A stretch of DNA of 64,000 nucleotides from Candidatus Woesearchaeota archaeon (GTDB taxonomy: Archaea; Nanobdellota; Nanobdellia; Woesearchaeales; ARS49). Shown piece after piece: positions 46,856 through 56,516 of the stretch. Location of the stretch: positions 170,952 through 234,951 of the forward strand of contig JAWADY010000001.1 of NCBI GenBank assembly GCA_038891615.1. The letters are read 5' to 3'. Under the pieces are notes generated by a model. The model ran no database searches. It was given only the letters and a program-made list of their open reading frames with translations, and was not told the origin of the DNA. The translations under genes and the position numbers were made by a program. The first letter of the stretch is position 1, and each line of letters starts with the position of its first letter.

Positions 46856-47284
46856 ATGGGAAACGGACTTGGAGCAGGAAGGTATCTGAAGAAGAGGCGA
46901 TATTTAGATAGGCTGCACTCTAAACGATTTATCAGAAGGCTTTTTGCACTCAAAAAGAAATCAGACCCTCTTGAAGGCGCAAGCCAAGCAAAAGGAATTG
47001 TTATCGAAAAGGTTCAGCTCGAAGCAAAGCAGCCAAATTCAGCAATGAGAAAGTGTGTAAGGGTGCAACTCATAAAGAATGGCCGCCAGGTGACTGCGTT
47101 TCTACCAAAGGATGGTGCGCAAAAAATGGTTGATGAACATGATGAAGTAATAATAGAATGCATCGGCGGAGCAATGGGAAAGTCAAAGGGGGATATTCCT
47201 GGTGTGCGATGGGCTGTCATCAAGGTAAATGGGCAGTCGCTTGATGCATTGTTAAAAGGTAAAATAGAAAAGGCAAGGAAGTAA
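46856..47284 (+). CDS. rps12: 30S ribosomal protein S12 (uS12)
   Basis: [27 protein letters not shown] conserved core. 142 aa. Confidence 0.95.
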   Translation: MGNGLGAGRYLKKRRYLDRLHSKRFIRRLFALKKKSDPLEGASQAKGIVIEKVQLEAKQPNSAMRKCVRVQLIKNGRQVTAFLPKDGAQKMVDEHDEVIIECIGGAMGKSKGDIPGVRWAVIKVNGQSLDALLKGKIEKARK

Positions 47285-47292
47285 AGGTTAAA

Positions 47293-47889
47293 ATGGAAAT
47301 AAAAGCACTTGGCAGATGGTCTGTTAGCGGCATAGTGGTTGAGGACCCTGGATTGAAGCGTTACATATCCCTCAATCCAACAATTTTTCCGAAAACCGGG
47401 GCAAGATATGCAGGCAAGCGTTTTTACAAATCAAAAACATTTATTGTTGAAAGACTGATAAATAGGATGATGGTGACTGGTCACAAGGCAAAGAAGCATT
47501 TTATAACCTCGGGAAGATTTGGTGGCAAAGCAGCCACAATCACAAAGATTGTTACAAACGCGCTTGCGCTTGTTGAGCAGCGTCTTAAGGAGAATCCAGT
47601 CAAGGTGCTTGTTAAGGTCATAGAGAATGCTGCCCCGCGCGAAGAGATTGTTGCAATAGAATACGGAGGCGCACGTTATCCCAAAGCAGTTGATTGCGCT
47701 CCACAAAGACGGATTGATGTTGCTCTGAAAAATATTGTTCAAGGTGCGTACTGGAAGGCATTCAACAATAAGAAAAGGATTGCAGAGGCGCTTGCTGATG
47801 AGCTAATTGCAGCGTATCGTCTTGATGCAAAGTCAAATGCCATTGCAAAAAAATACGAGCTAGAACGACAGGCAGACAGCGCTAGATAG
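47293..47889 (+). CDS. rps7: 30S ribosomal protein S7 (uS7)
   Basis: 198 aa. Conserved uS7 regions (RLINRMM, AIEYGGARYPKAVD). Confidence 0.95.
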   Translation: MEIKALGRWSVSGIVVEDPGLKRYISLNPTIFPKTGARYAGKRFYKSKTFIVERLINRMMVTGHKAKKHFITSGRFGGKAATITKIVTNALALVEQRLKENPVKVLVKVIENAAPREEIVAIEYGGARYPKAVDCAPQRRIDVALKNIVQGAYWKAFNNKKRIAEALADELIAAYRLDAKSNAIAKKYELERQADSAR

Positions 47890-48027
47890 TTAATTCTCAA
47901 GCTTTCAAAAATAAAAAGCATATTCTGGAGTATACAAATCTTTTTAAAGCAGTAGCTACTTCAGAGGCGTAACGAGAGGAAGCCTTATGGGCTTCCCTCT
48001 GTTGCAAATCTAAAATAAAGTGGGGGA

Positions 48028-49440
48028 TTGGAAATGTTCAAGATGTCAAAAGGGCTCATTTTTGTGCTACTTGCAATAATCTTTGCAACATCAGTCTATG
48101 CCACGGCTTCTCTTAACTTTCCTACTGTTGCACTTGGAGGGCCATCACAAGAACGCAATAAAAATGCTTCCACTTCTGTTACAATAACAAACACTGGAGA
48201 TGTAACACTCAGCAATTTGACATTTTCAACAAATGCTGACGCAAAGTATGGTGTGACATTTTCAGGAAGCTGTATAAATGCACAATTGGCATCAGGCGGA
48301 ACATGCACACTGACAACATCTGCTAGCGTCCCAAAAGATTTTGATGCGGTTGATTCTTCAAGCCTTCAAGAAAAGGCATTTCTGATAGGTACAATAACCG
48401 CATCGGCTAATTATTCCTCTGGAAATGGCTCGGTAATAATAACGACAACAACAAACCTGACACTGCAAGCAGAGAATCAACTTGAACTTCGCAAAGTCAA
48501 GGTAATTGTTAATGGCATTGAGGATTCTGTCAGCGACGGCGATACTGTTAGAAAAATAAAGCCGGGTGATGAAATAGATATCGAGATAACCGTAAAAAAT
48601 AACTTTGACGATTCAAAAAACGATGTGACCATAGAGAATGTTGAGGTTAAGGCAAAAGTTGATGATAATGACCTTGATATAGATGAGTCTGAAGATATAG
48701 GCGATTTAGATGCTGACGACTCTGATACAATCAGCTTCAACAACCTTCTTGTTGACGAGGAGGCTGACGGAACTTATGACCTAGTCATAAGCGCAACAGG
48801 AAGGGATGAAAATGGCGCACTTCACGCTGACAAGATGACTGTAAAGCTAAAGGTTGAGCGCGAAACACATGAAATCAAAATAACAAAGGCATTACTTACA
48901 AACAGCAAGCTTGCATGTGTAGAAGGCAGCATTACGGACACAACCGCAAGGATAAGCTTTGTAAACATTGGCAAACGCGATGAAAAAGAAGTTGCCATTT
49001 CTGCATCAATCGACAAGCTTGGCATTACAGCAAGAAAAGATGGCATAGAGCTTGAAAAGGACGACAGCTCGAGTATAAGCCTTTTACTTGACATTCCGGA
49101 TAGCGCAAAAGCTGGAACATATGATGTTACAGTGACAAGTTATTATAACAATGATGTGCCATCAGACACAAAGACAATCCCACTGCAGATAGAAAAGTGT
49201 GAGCAGCCACAAAACGCTTCTACGACCACAACAGCAACACCAACCACCCCAACAGCACCAACTACAACAGCGACAACTCAAGCCATAACAACACCAACCA
49301 TCAGGCTTACAGAAAAAGCACAAAAGAGCACTCCATTTACAGAGACCCCAGCATATCTCTGGCTGCTGGGTGGAATAAGCGCAGGGATTGTGATTGTTAT
49401 ATTCCAACTCATCAGCAAGCTGCTGCTGGTGAGGAAGTAG
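48028..49440 (+). CDS. cell-surface protein: signal peptide, beta-rich domains, Thr/Pro-rich linker, C-terminal TM anchor with basic tail
   Basis: 470 aa. N-terminal hydrophobic leader. ASTTTTATPTTPTAPTTTATTQAITTPT linker, a probable glycosylation region. C-terminal LWLLGGISAGIVIVIFQLISKLLLVRK. Confidence 0.5.
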   Translation: MEMFKMSKGLIFVLLAIIFATSVYATASLNFPTVALGGPSQERNKNASTSVTITNTGDVTLSNLTFSTNADAKYGVTFSGSCINAQLASGGTCTLTTSASVPKDFDAVDSSSLQEKAFLIGTITASANYSSGNGSVIITTTTNLTLQAENQLELRKVKVIVNGIEDSVSDGDTVRKIKPGDEIDIEITVKNNFDDSKNDVTIENVEVKAKVDDNDLDIDESEDIGDLDADDSDTISFNNLLVDEEADGTYDLVISATGRDENGALHADKMTVKLKVERETHEIKITKALLTNSKLACVEGSITDTTARISFVNIGKRDEKEVAISASIDKLGITARKDGIELEKDDSSSISLLLDIPDSAKAGTYDVTVTSYYNNDVPSDTKTIPLQIEKCEQPQNASTTTTATPTTPTAPTTTATTQAITTPTIRLTEKAQKSTPFTETPAYLWLLGGISAGIVIVIFQLISKLLLVRK

Positions 49441-49651
49441 AAGAGAGGAAATTGAGAGAAGCGCTGGTTTTAATTTTTTCTTAATTTATTTTCACTTTTT
49501 TCATTTTTGAACGATAAAAAGGTCAAAGCAAGGGTTTTTTACGGCTGAAAGCATCAACTTTTCACTGTTGGTGTAAAGGTTACGACTTTTTCTGAGAAAT
49601 GCAAATTAAGACTGCTTTGATGCCCTCTTGAAAACAGGAGGGAAGCGCTAA

Positions 49652-50935
49652 ATGAAACCAACTGCCTTCTTTTTTGCATTATTTGCCATGATATTTCTCA
49701 TTCAAATAGGCTCAGTTGGCTTCGCTAAAATAGAAATAAGGCAAGTGCTTTATGATCCTATTTCTTCTGAAAATGGTGGCGAGGCAGTTCAACTTCATAA
49801 CCCAGAGGACGAAGATGTAGATATCAGCGGCTGGGCGCTCTCAACCGAAGCAAGCAAGTATGACGCAAGGTTGCCTGAAGGTTCTGTTATTCCAGCCGGA
49901 GGTTATTTTCTTATTGCAGATACTGGCTGGTCTAGCGCTAAAGATGACCCAAACTGGCCTGAGGCTGATTATGAAGAATCGATAAATTTGTACAACAGCA
50001 ACTCCGGAGTTGCCCTTCTCAAGGCAGACGGCACGGTTGTAGATGCGGTTGGATGGGGCGAGCTAAGCCAGATAAAGGCAGGTCTTTGGACAGGACGACC
50101 TGCAAAAGAGGTTAGTGAAGGCAAGGTTCTGTTAAGGACAAAAAGCACAGAAGATAATGCTGTTGATTTTGTGGAAGCAGATGCGGACTTTGGAACAATT
50201 CCACAAAATATAACAAAGCTAGAGCTAAGTATGGATATTGAAGGAGGAATTTTGATAGAAGAAATTGAAATTAGCCCAGATGAACTAGATAAACCAGGTG
50301 TTCAGATTTACCCTCTAGCAGGCGGAACCAAGAATCTGACAATAAAAGTTAAAGTTGCAGCCAGCCAAACAGAAATTGAAAGGCTGACCCTAACAGCGGC
50401 CCTTGCAAACAAGACTATAGCATTGCATATGATGGCCCAACAAAATGAAACAATAGCTTTATACGAAGGCACAATTCCAATAGAATTCACAAAAAAGCCA
50501 TCCAATTATAGCATCACAATAAATTCGTTTATAGACCTCATTCAAATTGGAGAAGCCACAACGAGTTTTGAATGGATGCCGCTTGCGTCTTTTAAAATAA
50601 TCGGCGAAAACAAAAAGATTAAGATAAGCGCGGCGCCCGGTGAACTGAAGAACATGCCTAATGCACTTGAAATAATAAATAATGGAAATGTTCCTATAGA
50701 CATAGCTGCTTCGAGTACAGGGTTTGTGATGCAAGGAACAAACCAAACACAAAAAGTTGCCGCGACCAACATAAGAATAAACTCAAAAGGCCTTGCCAAC
50801 ACCCCAAGAACAATACCCCTTGCAATTGCACCTGGCGATGTCGCAAGGCTAAATCTCAGCATAAATATTCCGCAAAAGGCAAAAAAAGGGAGCTACATTG
50901 GAGAGATAAAGTTATGGACAATACCAACGAAATGA
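49652..50935 (+). CDS. secreted protein with N-terminal lamin-tail-domain (LTD)-like region
   Basis: Signal peptide, then IEIRQVLYDPISSENGGEAVQLHNPEDEDVDISGWAL...GGYFLIAD resembling the LTD consensus (I.EV.YNP...E.VEL.N....VDLSGW.L). Confidence 0.5.
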   Translation: MKPTAFFFALFAMIFLIQIGSVGFAKIEIRQVLYDPISSENGGEAVQLHNPEDEDVDISGWALSTEASKYDARLPEGSVIPAGGYFLIADTGWSSAKDDPNWPEADYEESINLYNSNSGVALLKADGTVVDAVGWGELSQIKAGLWTGRPAKEVSEGKVLLRTKSTEDNAVDFVEADADFGTIPQNITKLELSMDIEGGILIEEIEISPDELDKPGVQIYPLAGGTKNLTIKVKVAASQTEIERLTLTAALANKTIALHMMAQQNETIALYEGTIPIEFTKKPSNYSITINSFIDLIQIGEATTSFEWMPLASFKIIGENKKIKISAAPGELKNMPNALEIINNGNVPIDIAASSTGFVMQGTNQTQKVAATNIRINSKGLANTPRTIPLAIAPGDVARLNLSINIPQKAKKGSYIGEIKLWTIPTK

Positions 50936-51278
50936 GTCGTGAGAAGCCTATTTTCCTTTGTTTCTAAATTTCATGTAGCAGCTGTTCTTTATCCAGCAAT
51001 TCTTACACTCTTCAAGCTGCTCATGCTTCTTCCCAAAACAAGCATCATCAGAATATTTTAGGAACTTTACAGCCATTTGATGCAAGATGTTAGGGCAGTA
51101 TTTAAAGATTGCTGCGCTAAAAGGCAACGAGTCACAAAAACTGATAACCAGAACCTTAATGCGACCTTGTGAAAACCAAACATTTATAAAGCCAAAAAAA
51201 TAGGTTAGAATGCGTGAAAGCTCTACTTCTAGTAGAACTTACGCATAACTAAAACTAACAAAGGTGTAAAACAAGAAA

Positions 51279-51431
51279 ATGGCATATGGATTCGGGGGAA
51301 GTTTTGGCCCTAGACAAATGCACAAGGCTACTTGCTCCGAGTGTGGTAAGGACTGTGAAGTTCCTTTTAAGCCACGCGAGGATAGACCGGTCTATTGTAG
51401 GGACTGCTTCCAGAAGCACAGGAAGTTCTGA
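51279..51431 (+). CDS. small zinc-ribbon protein (50 aa; CxxC-x17-CxxC), not in ORF track
   Basis: MAYGFGGSFGPRQMHKATCSECGKDCEVPFKPREDRPVYCRDCFQKHRKF. AAGGTG lies 13 nt upstream of the ATG. The overlapping 87-aa ORF in the track (51286-51549) was rejected. Confidence 0.4.
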   Translation: MAYGFGGSFGPRQMHKATCSECGKDCEVPFKPREDRPVYCRDCFQKHRKF

Positions 51432-51545
51432 AAAGAGCAAAGGTTCAAAACGCAGAAATTTTCACAATAAAGATTTTAGGCTGTTTTTAGCCATGCTTGG
51501 TGACGCATCTGATTTAGTCATAGAACTTTTTAGCAAGCGAATTGT

Positions 51546-52364
51546 TTAGCGATAGGATGGGCGGATTTTTTCAACAATTCCACGCATAGTTGCAATAAAA
51601 TCTTCTGCGTCTTTTAGATAGCGTGCGTAGTCATTGCCACTTATTTCTTTTAACTCACGATGGGTTATCTGCTTCTGGAGCTTATAGAAATTTGCCATAA
51701 TTTCTGCGTAACGCTTTGAAACAATCCCCTTCTTTACAAGCTTCTCATAAATCATCTCAGCAACATGCGCAGGGCTTGGTGGAATCTCTCCAAGATGCAT
51801 GAGTGCCGCATGCGCAGAGTCAATAACAGCCCAATAAAGGTCTAGGGTCGCTTGAAGGATATGCCATTTTGAATTGCTTATGGTATAGGGTGCGCGCACA
51901 AGGTAATTCCAAACAGATTCCTTTGAAGGCCTTATTCTTCCCTGCCTTAAAAGCAACTGGAGTGGGTCAAAAAAGCCAGAGTCTATCAACGCCACGCCAT
52001 CGCGAAGTATGTTTATGATGACAGGGTCGCCTGCCCGAACATATTCCCAAAATGTTGTAAGTTTTAGAGACATCACATGAAGCTTAGGACTTGTCTCTCC
52101 AATTGCCTTTTCAACGATTATCCTGTAGGTTTGCACAAGCTCAGGAGAAAGCACAATTGAAACATCGTCAACAACAATGAGAATGTCTATGTCGTGTTCC
52201 TTGCCTGTTCTACGTGCCGCCTCTCCAAAAAGGATAATAGCCTTTATGAAATTTCCGAACTCTGCATATACCTTTTTGGCAAACTTTCGTGCAAGCTCAA
52301 GGTTTTCGGTTGGATATGTTCCAACGGTCGGAGGAAGTCTGTGTGTTATCTCAAATCTTGCCAT
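51546..52364 (-). CDS. pol-beta-superfamily nucleotidyltransferase domain protein with C-terminal helical (HEPN-like?) domain
   Basis: ILFGEAARRTGKEHDIDILIVVDD is the NTase G[SE]x9-13DxD motif. About 270 aa with an alpha-helical C-terminal half. Confidence 0.5.
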   Translation of the reverse strand: MARFEITHRLPPTVGTYPTENLELARKFAKKVYAEFGNFIKAIILFGEAARRTGKEHDIDILIVVDDVSIVLSPELVQTYRIIVEKAIGETSPKLHVMSLKLTTFWEYVRAGDPVIINILRDGVALIDSGFFDPLQLLLRQGRIRPSKESVWNYLVRAPYTISNSKWHILQATLDLYWAVIDSAHAALMHLGEIPPSPAHVAEMIYEKLVKKGIVSKRYAEIMANFYKLQKQITHRELKEISGNDYARYLKDAEDFIATMRGIVEKIRPSYR

Positions 52365-52424
52365 CTTCCCTCTTTTTAAAAGTTAGCTCTTTGATGAGAT
52401 TTAAAAATTTATTGCTTTTTCTGA

Positions 52425-54224
52425 CTATTCAAACGGAATTCCAAAGTATGACATTTGCCATTCCCTCTGCACTGGAAGAAACTCACCCGTAGCAAAATAT
52501 GGTGGTTGTGTTCTGCCAAAATAGCTGTGCTCTATGTCTGCCCAATTACCAATGCCATAGACCTGGCCACCAAAGCTCCGTAGCGCAGCATGCCAAGCCC
52601 TTATGTCGTGATGAGCAGGCTCAACAATTGGCTTTATCTCAACCTTTGCCTTTTTCATTTCCTCGAGAAATTCTTTTATTGGAGCCTTGCCGCTGCCAGG
52701 AGGCAAATGCTCATCATAATAGCCAAAGTTATCACTCATCTGGACATGACCTATTATTCCTTTTTTGAAAAGCTCTCTGACAGAGTCTATTAACCATTTG
52801 TTGAAGCGTTTATCGGCTTGTTCAAATGTTTCTCCTGGTTTTGGTTCGAAAAACTTTCTCCAAGTATATGCATGACCAATGTCAAAGGTTGCTCCTATAT
52901 GCTTCTCAGCTATTTTCAGCGCTTCGCTTTTTGAAATACCTCTCTCTTTTGCAAGTAACTGGGCCATCTTTTCTCTTGACTTCTGAATCAGCTCGGCGAG
53001 CTCGCTTGGATGGCTGCCATAATATTCTGGGAGCCATGGTTCAGGTGAGACTAAAATGGGCCTTTTGAGTCCTTTGACTTGTGTTTGGTCATATGCATAA
53101 AGTCCTGCTCTTGCTATTGTATCAGTTGTTCTCTCTAAACCAACATCTTTTAGGGGTCTGAGCATCTTTTCTTTCATCCTCAAATTCTCCAGATGCTCTT
53201 GTGAACTTAATGCAGATTTCTGCATCCATTCTATATCTACCTCAAGTCTTCTTTTTTGTTCCTCAAGATGTTCAATAATGTTGACACCAGGCGGGGGAGC
53301 CATCTCAGCAGCCCTTAGGAACTCCTCGATGAGTTTTTCACCACCAGGTTTTTTTGCCTGGACCAATAATTCATTTATAGATTCAAGTTTTTTCCTACGC
53401 TCTTCTGCTTCTGCTGTCCAACGAGTAGCCTCTGCCTCATAGATTAACTTTTGCGATTCAAAAAAATGCTTTAACCAAACCTGTTCCGGCTTTAATATTC
53501 CTTCATCTAAAGCTCTTGCAATCTCTGGGTCTCTCTTCCGTTCTTCATTTACGACATCTTCAAACCTTTTCGGCACAACGACTATTTTACCTTGCTCGTC
53601 ATAAGCATAGACAGGAACCTTTTTCCCTTCTTTCACTTTCCAGTCAACTATTTTTGGTTCGAAGATAGGGTGGACTTTTGGAATTGCTTCGATATTTCCT
53701 GTCTCAGCGTCCGCAACCCAAACATACTCTTCTTTCTCAGCCTCTTCTGGATATGTTGCAAACTTGTTGTCAACTTCTGCAATAGGTCTTTTCCACTCCC
53801 CGATATGAAAAACAACTGCGCCTCCTTCTGCTGTATCAGCTGCAAAATCTATTGTTCGCTCTATCTCGTGCAGCACTTCTTCTGCAACTTCTCGGCTGAA
53901 ACCATGTCTTGTCAAACCAGCAAAACCCATCACTCCCGTTGTACCATGAACAGAAAGCTCGACCTTGTTCACCTTAGCAAGCTCACGTATAGCCTCCCTT
54001 TCTTCCTTGCCGTACATCTCAGGCGTTGTTGCCTTGCCAGCCATTGAACCTTTTGCAGTGCCTGTAAAGCCTAGCTCAACGACTGTTGCACCTTCTCGAA
54101 TCCTTGCCTTCAAGGCTTGTAGTTGGGCTTCAAAAGGAGGGGTGCTAACCCCAAACTGAGCAGGCTCCCCTCTAAAGTATTCCCTATCCATCGAATGATA
54201 GTAGTTTGGAAAGTAAGTTCCCAT
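52425..54224 (-). CDS. xylose-isomerase-like TIM-barrel (sugar phosphate isomerase/AP endonuclease 2 fold) protein split by ~250-aa Lys/Glu-rich coiled-coil insertion
   Basis: N-terminal VVELGF...VELSVHG. C-terminal IGATFDIGHAY and GHVQMSDNFGYYDEHLPPGSG match the TIM-barrel metal-ligand boxes (H..D...G..DEHL.PG.G). The central region is coiled-coil-like. Confidence 0.45.
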   Translation of the reverse strand: MGTYFPNYYHSMDREYFRGEPAQFGVSTPPFEAQLQALKARIREGATVVELGFTGTAKGSMAGKATTPEMYGKEEREAIRELAKVNKVELSVHGTTGVMGFAGLTRHGFSREVAEEVLHEIERTIDFAADTAEGGAVVFHIGEWKRPIAEVDNKFATYPEEAEKEEYVWVADAETGNIEAIPKVHPIFEPKIVDWKVKEGKKVPVYAYDEQGKIVVVPKRFEDVVNEERKRDPEIARALDEGILKPEQVWLKHFFESQKLIYEAEATRWTAEAEERRKKLESINELLVQAKKPGGEKLIEEFLRAAEMAPPPGVNIIEHLEEQKRRLEVDIEWMQKSALSSQEHLENLRMKEKMLRPLKDVGLERTTDTIARAGLYAYDQTQVKGLKRPILVSPEPWLPEYYGSHPSELAELIQKSREKMAQLLAKERGISKSEALKIAEKHIGATFDIGHAYTWRKFFEPKPGETFEQADKRFNKWLIDSVRELFKKGIIGHVQMSDNFGYYDEHLPPGSGKAPIKEFLEEMKKAKVEIKPIVEPAHHDIRAWHAALRSFGGQVYGIGNWADIEHSYFGRTQPPYFATGEFLPVQREWQMSYFGIPFE

Positions 54225-54233
54225 TTTTAATAA

Positions 54234-55007
54234 TCAGTGTCTATGTTTTGCTACTTTTTGATTGGAAAGCTCGCCGCCTGGGTGCCCAAGGTATTGTGCG
54301 ACAACTTTAAGCTCTTCTTTTTCGCTTAAAAATCTTTCCTTAGAATTTCGTGAAACATAGCTTGTCATTGGTGCAAAACTTTCAAATGCATGAAAATAGC
54401 GCTCAAAAGCAACCTGCTCTTCAAAGCCAAGGCTCTCTCCACGCAATACCATTTCCTTTATTTTTTCTATCTTTTCAGCTGTTGCAGGCTCTATGAGCTT
54501 GTAAAAATCACTTTTGAGTTCCTCAAATGTTTTTGAATAGATTATTGCCTTTGCCTTTTCTTCACTCTTTTTTTCAACTCCAGCGCCAGCAACTTCCTCC
54601 AAAGATTCCTTTGAAGAAGTTTCAGGAGTTTCCTTTTCAGCCATCTGCTCTCCTATCGACTCGACGGGCTCTTCTGACTTCTCAGGTGTCCTTGTAAAAA
54701 GCTCTTCAATTGAAACAGCCTTTGCTTGCGGGATTAACCTTCTTAACTCTTCAATTTCACTAAGTGCTTTTGTCCCAATTGCCACAGCTTCAGCTATCTG
54801 GGCCTTTCTTTCTTCTTCAAGCCTAGCAAGCTCAGCCTCAAGCTCCTTAACAGCCTTGATCTTTTCCTCAGGCGGTAAGCGTTTTATCTCCGCAAGCTTG
54901 CTACGAATTAGGTCTTCGATAGTCGTGGTAGTTTTTGGCATAATAACTAAGCTGTTAAAAGGCTTTTTAAACATTCCTTTTAAAGAACCATCAAACTCTA
55001 ATCCCAA
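54234..55007 (-). CDS. hypothetical Glu/Lys-rich coiled-coil protein
   Basis: 257-aa ORF overlapping its neighbours by 10 nt on each side (operon). Confidence 0.4.
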   Translation of the reverse strand: MGLEFDGSLKGMFKKPFNSLVIMPKTTTTIEDLIRSKLAEIKRLPPEEKIKAVKELEAELARLEEERKAQIAEAVAIGTKALSEIEELRRLIPQAKAVSIEELFTRTPEKSEEPVESIGEQMAEKETPETSSKESLEEVAGAGVEKKSEEKAKAIIYSKTFEELKSDFYKLIEPATAEKIEKIKEMVLRGESLGFEEQVAFERYFHAFESFAPMTSYVSRNSKERFLSEKEELKVVAQYLGHPGGELSNQKVAKHRH

Positions 55008-56494
55008 CTAATCATTCCATGAGCTTTTTTGAAAAGCTTGTAGTTAAGCCAGAGTCTTTTGCGGGCATCATTTTCTGCTTCTTTTTGTTCTTTCTTCAGT
55101 TCTTCGCTGGTTATCTCTTCCTTTTTGCCCGGCTTGGCTTTTGGAAAAAAAGATGCAAAGCCCTGTGCAAGAGCAACAAATGGTTCAAGAATCCCAGGAC
55201 TAGCAGGTCTGACTTCTTTTTTTGCCTCTTCTTTCTTTTTTAATCCCCATGCCTCTTCAAGGTACTTCTGCAAATCTTCTCCTATAGACCGTATTGCTTC
55301 CATGAGCGAGGCGTCAGCATTTGCAAGTAGGTCCAGTTCTTCTGATGCGCGCATTTTCTTATACTCATCAATTTGTTCCGGTGTCCAGGCGTAGCTCCTC
55401 CAAGTTATTACAACCTCACCAACATGAATAGGACCTTTGTGATAAGGTTCGACATAAAAGCTCATTGAAGGCCTTGTTCGGTAGTCAAGATGTATTAAAC
55501 AGCAGCTGTTGACTTTTCTGTTTCCGGCAGGCAATCTTCTTGCAAGTATTTCTATTTCAACAAGCGAGCCTTCAAAGGCTGCAATTAACTCAGGCTCGCT
55601 CATCTTTGAGACATCAAGGGAGAGTCTCTGTATTGTCCTTAAATAAGGCTTTATCCAATGCATGTACAGCATTATTGTGTCGTACTGCTGCCTAAGGTAA
55701 TGCAAAGTGAAGTTTCTCCTTGTCTTTAATTCACCATAGGTCGCCTTTTTCCAACGGTAATAACTTTCAAGCTTGCGTTTTAGCATAGACTTGAGAGTTT
55801 CAGAATATGGCAGCTGTGCAATTCTCTTAAAGAAAGTCTCATCCTTTTCTCCGGGTTCGATTCGTAGCTTGAAAAAAAGGTCTGGTAGCGTAGTAAACTG
55901 GGCTTCAAGTGCAAGACCTAAAACAGATGTTGGAGATTTCGCGCCTCCCTCAACTAAGTCAACATATTGCCCTTTTAAGGCAATCTCAGCCGCTTCTGCC
56001 TCATCACCCTTCTCAAAACTTTTTTCATAATAACCAAGCTTTTCATCGATAATTCTTATGTCCCTAACCAAGAGAATGACTCCTTTGAATATGTCATGAA
56101 TTATTTTAAGAAATTGGGCAACCTTGTCCTGTTGTAGACCAAGCTTTTGCGCAGCTGCGCCAAAAAAGGCAGAGTGTTCGCTTGCAGCAAAGACGTCTGT
56201 TATCTTTTCGATAACTGGAAATGCAAGATCGTTCCTAAGGTTGTCTAGCAGCCAAAAATACATGTTCTCAATTGATTGATGCTGGCTTTCGTAAACAAGG
56301 CGATATTTGGATAACGGCTTTGGCCAGTCAACGACAATGAGCTGGTCTTTTGCAATCTCTAGCTCGTCACGTTTATATTTTTCTTTCGAAAAATATTCCT
56401 CTTTGTAGTTTATTGATGGTGGAAGCCATCCCAAAAAGCCAGCAGCACCATAACTTCCAGTTTTCTCCGCTCGTTGTTCAGCCATCGCTACCAT
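54998..56494 (-). CDS. hypothetical 498-aa protein
   Basis: Long ORF with no recognisable motif. Second gene of a four-gene minus-strand operon. Confidence 0.45.
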   Translation of the reverse strand: MVAMAEQRAEKTGSYGAAGFLGWLPPSINYKEEYFSKEKYKRDELEIAKDQLIVVDWPKPLSKYRLVYESQHQSIENMYFWLLDNLRNDLAFPVIEKITDVFAASEHSAFFGAAAQKLGLQQDKVAQFLKIIHDIFKGVILLVRDIRIIDEKLGYYEKSFEKGDEAEAAEIALKGQYVDLVEGGAKSPTSVLGLALEAQFTTLPDLFFKLRIEPGEKDETFFKRIAQLPYSETLKSMLKRKLESYYRWKKATYGELKTRRNFTLHYLRQQYDTIMLYMHWIKPYLRTIQRLSLDVSKMSEPELIAAFEGSLVEIEILARRLPAGNRKVNSCCLIHLDYRTRPSMSFYVEPYHKGPIHVGEVVITWRSYAWTPEQIDEYKKMRASEELDLLANADASLMEAIRSIGEDLQKYLEEAWGLKKKEEAKKEVRPASPGILEPFVALAQGFASFFPKAKPGKKEEITSEELKKEQKEAENDARKRLWLNYKLFKKAHGMISWD

Positions 56495-56516
56495 CTTTTA
56501 TTCCAAGTCACAGCCT

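Noticed and set aside
49162-49407. 81-aa Cys/Trp-rich minus-strand ORF
   Set aside because: Antisense to the Thr/Pro-rich linker (ACN/CCN codons) of the surface protein gene. The composition is a mirror artefact.
51286-51549. 87-aa plus-strand ORF
   Set aside because: Featureless frame that overlaps, in a different frame, a 50-aa CxxC..CxxC zinc-ribbon ORF (51279-51431) with a proper RBS. The zinc-ribbon frame is preferred.
55019-55394. 74-aa and 111-aa plus-strand ORFs
   Set aside because: Antisense to the 5' end of the 498-aa operon gene and the 3' end of the pilin-like gene. Phe/Ser low-complexity.
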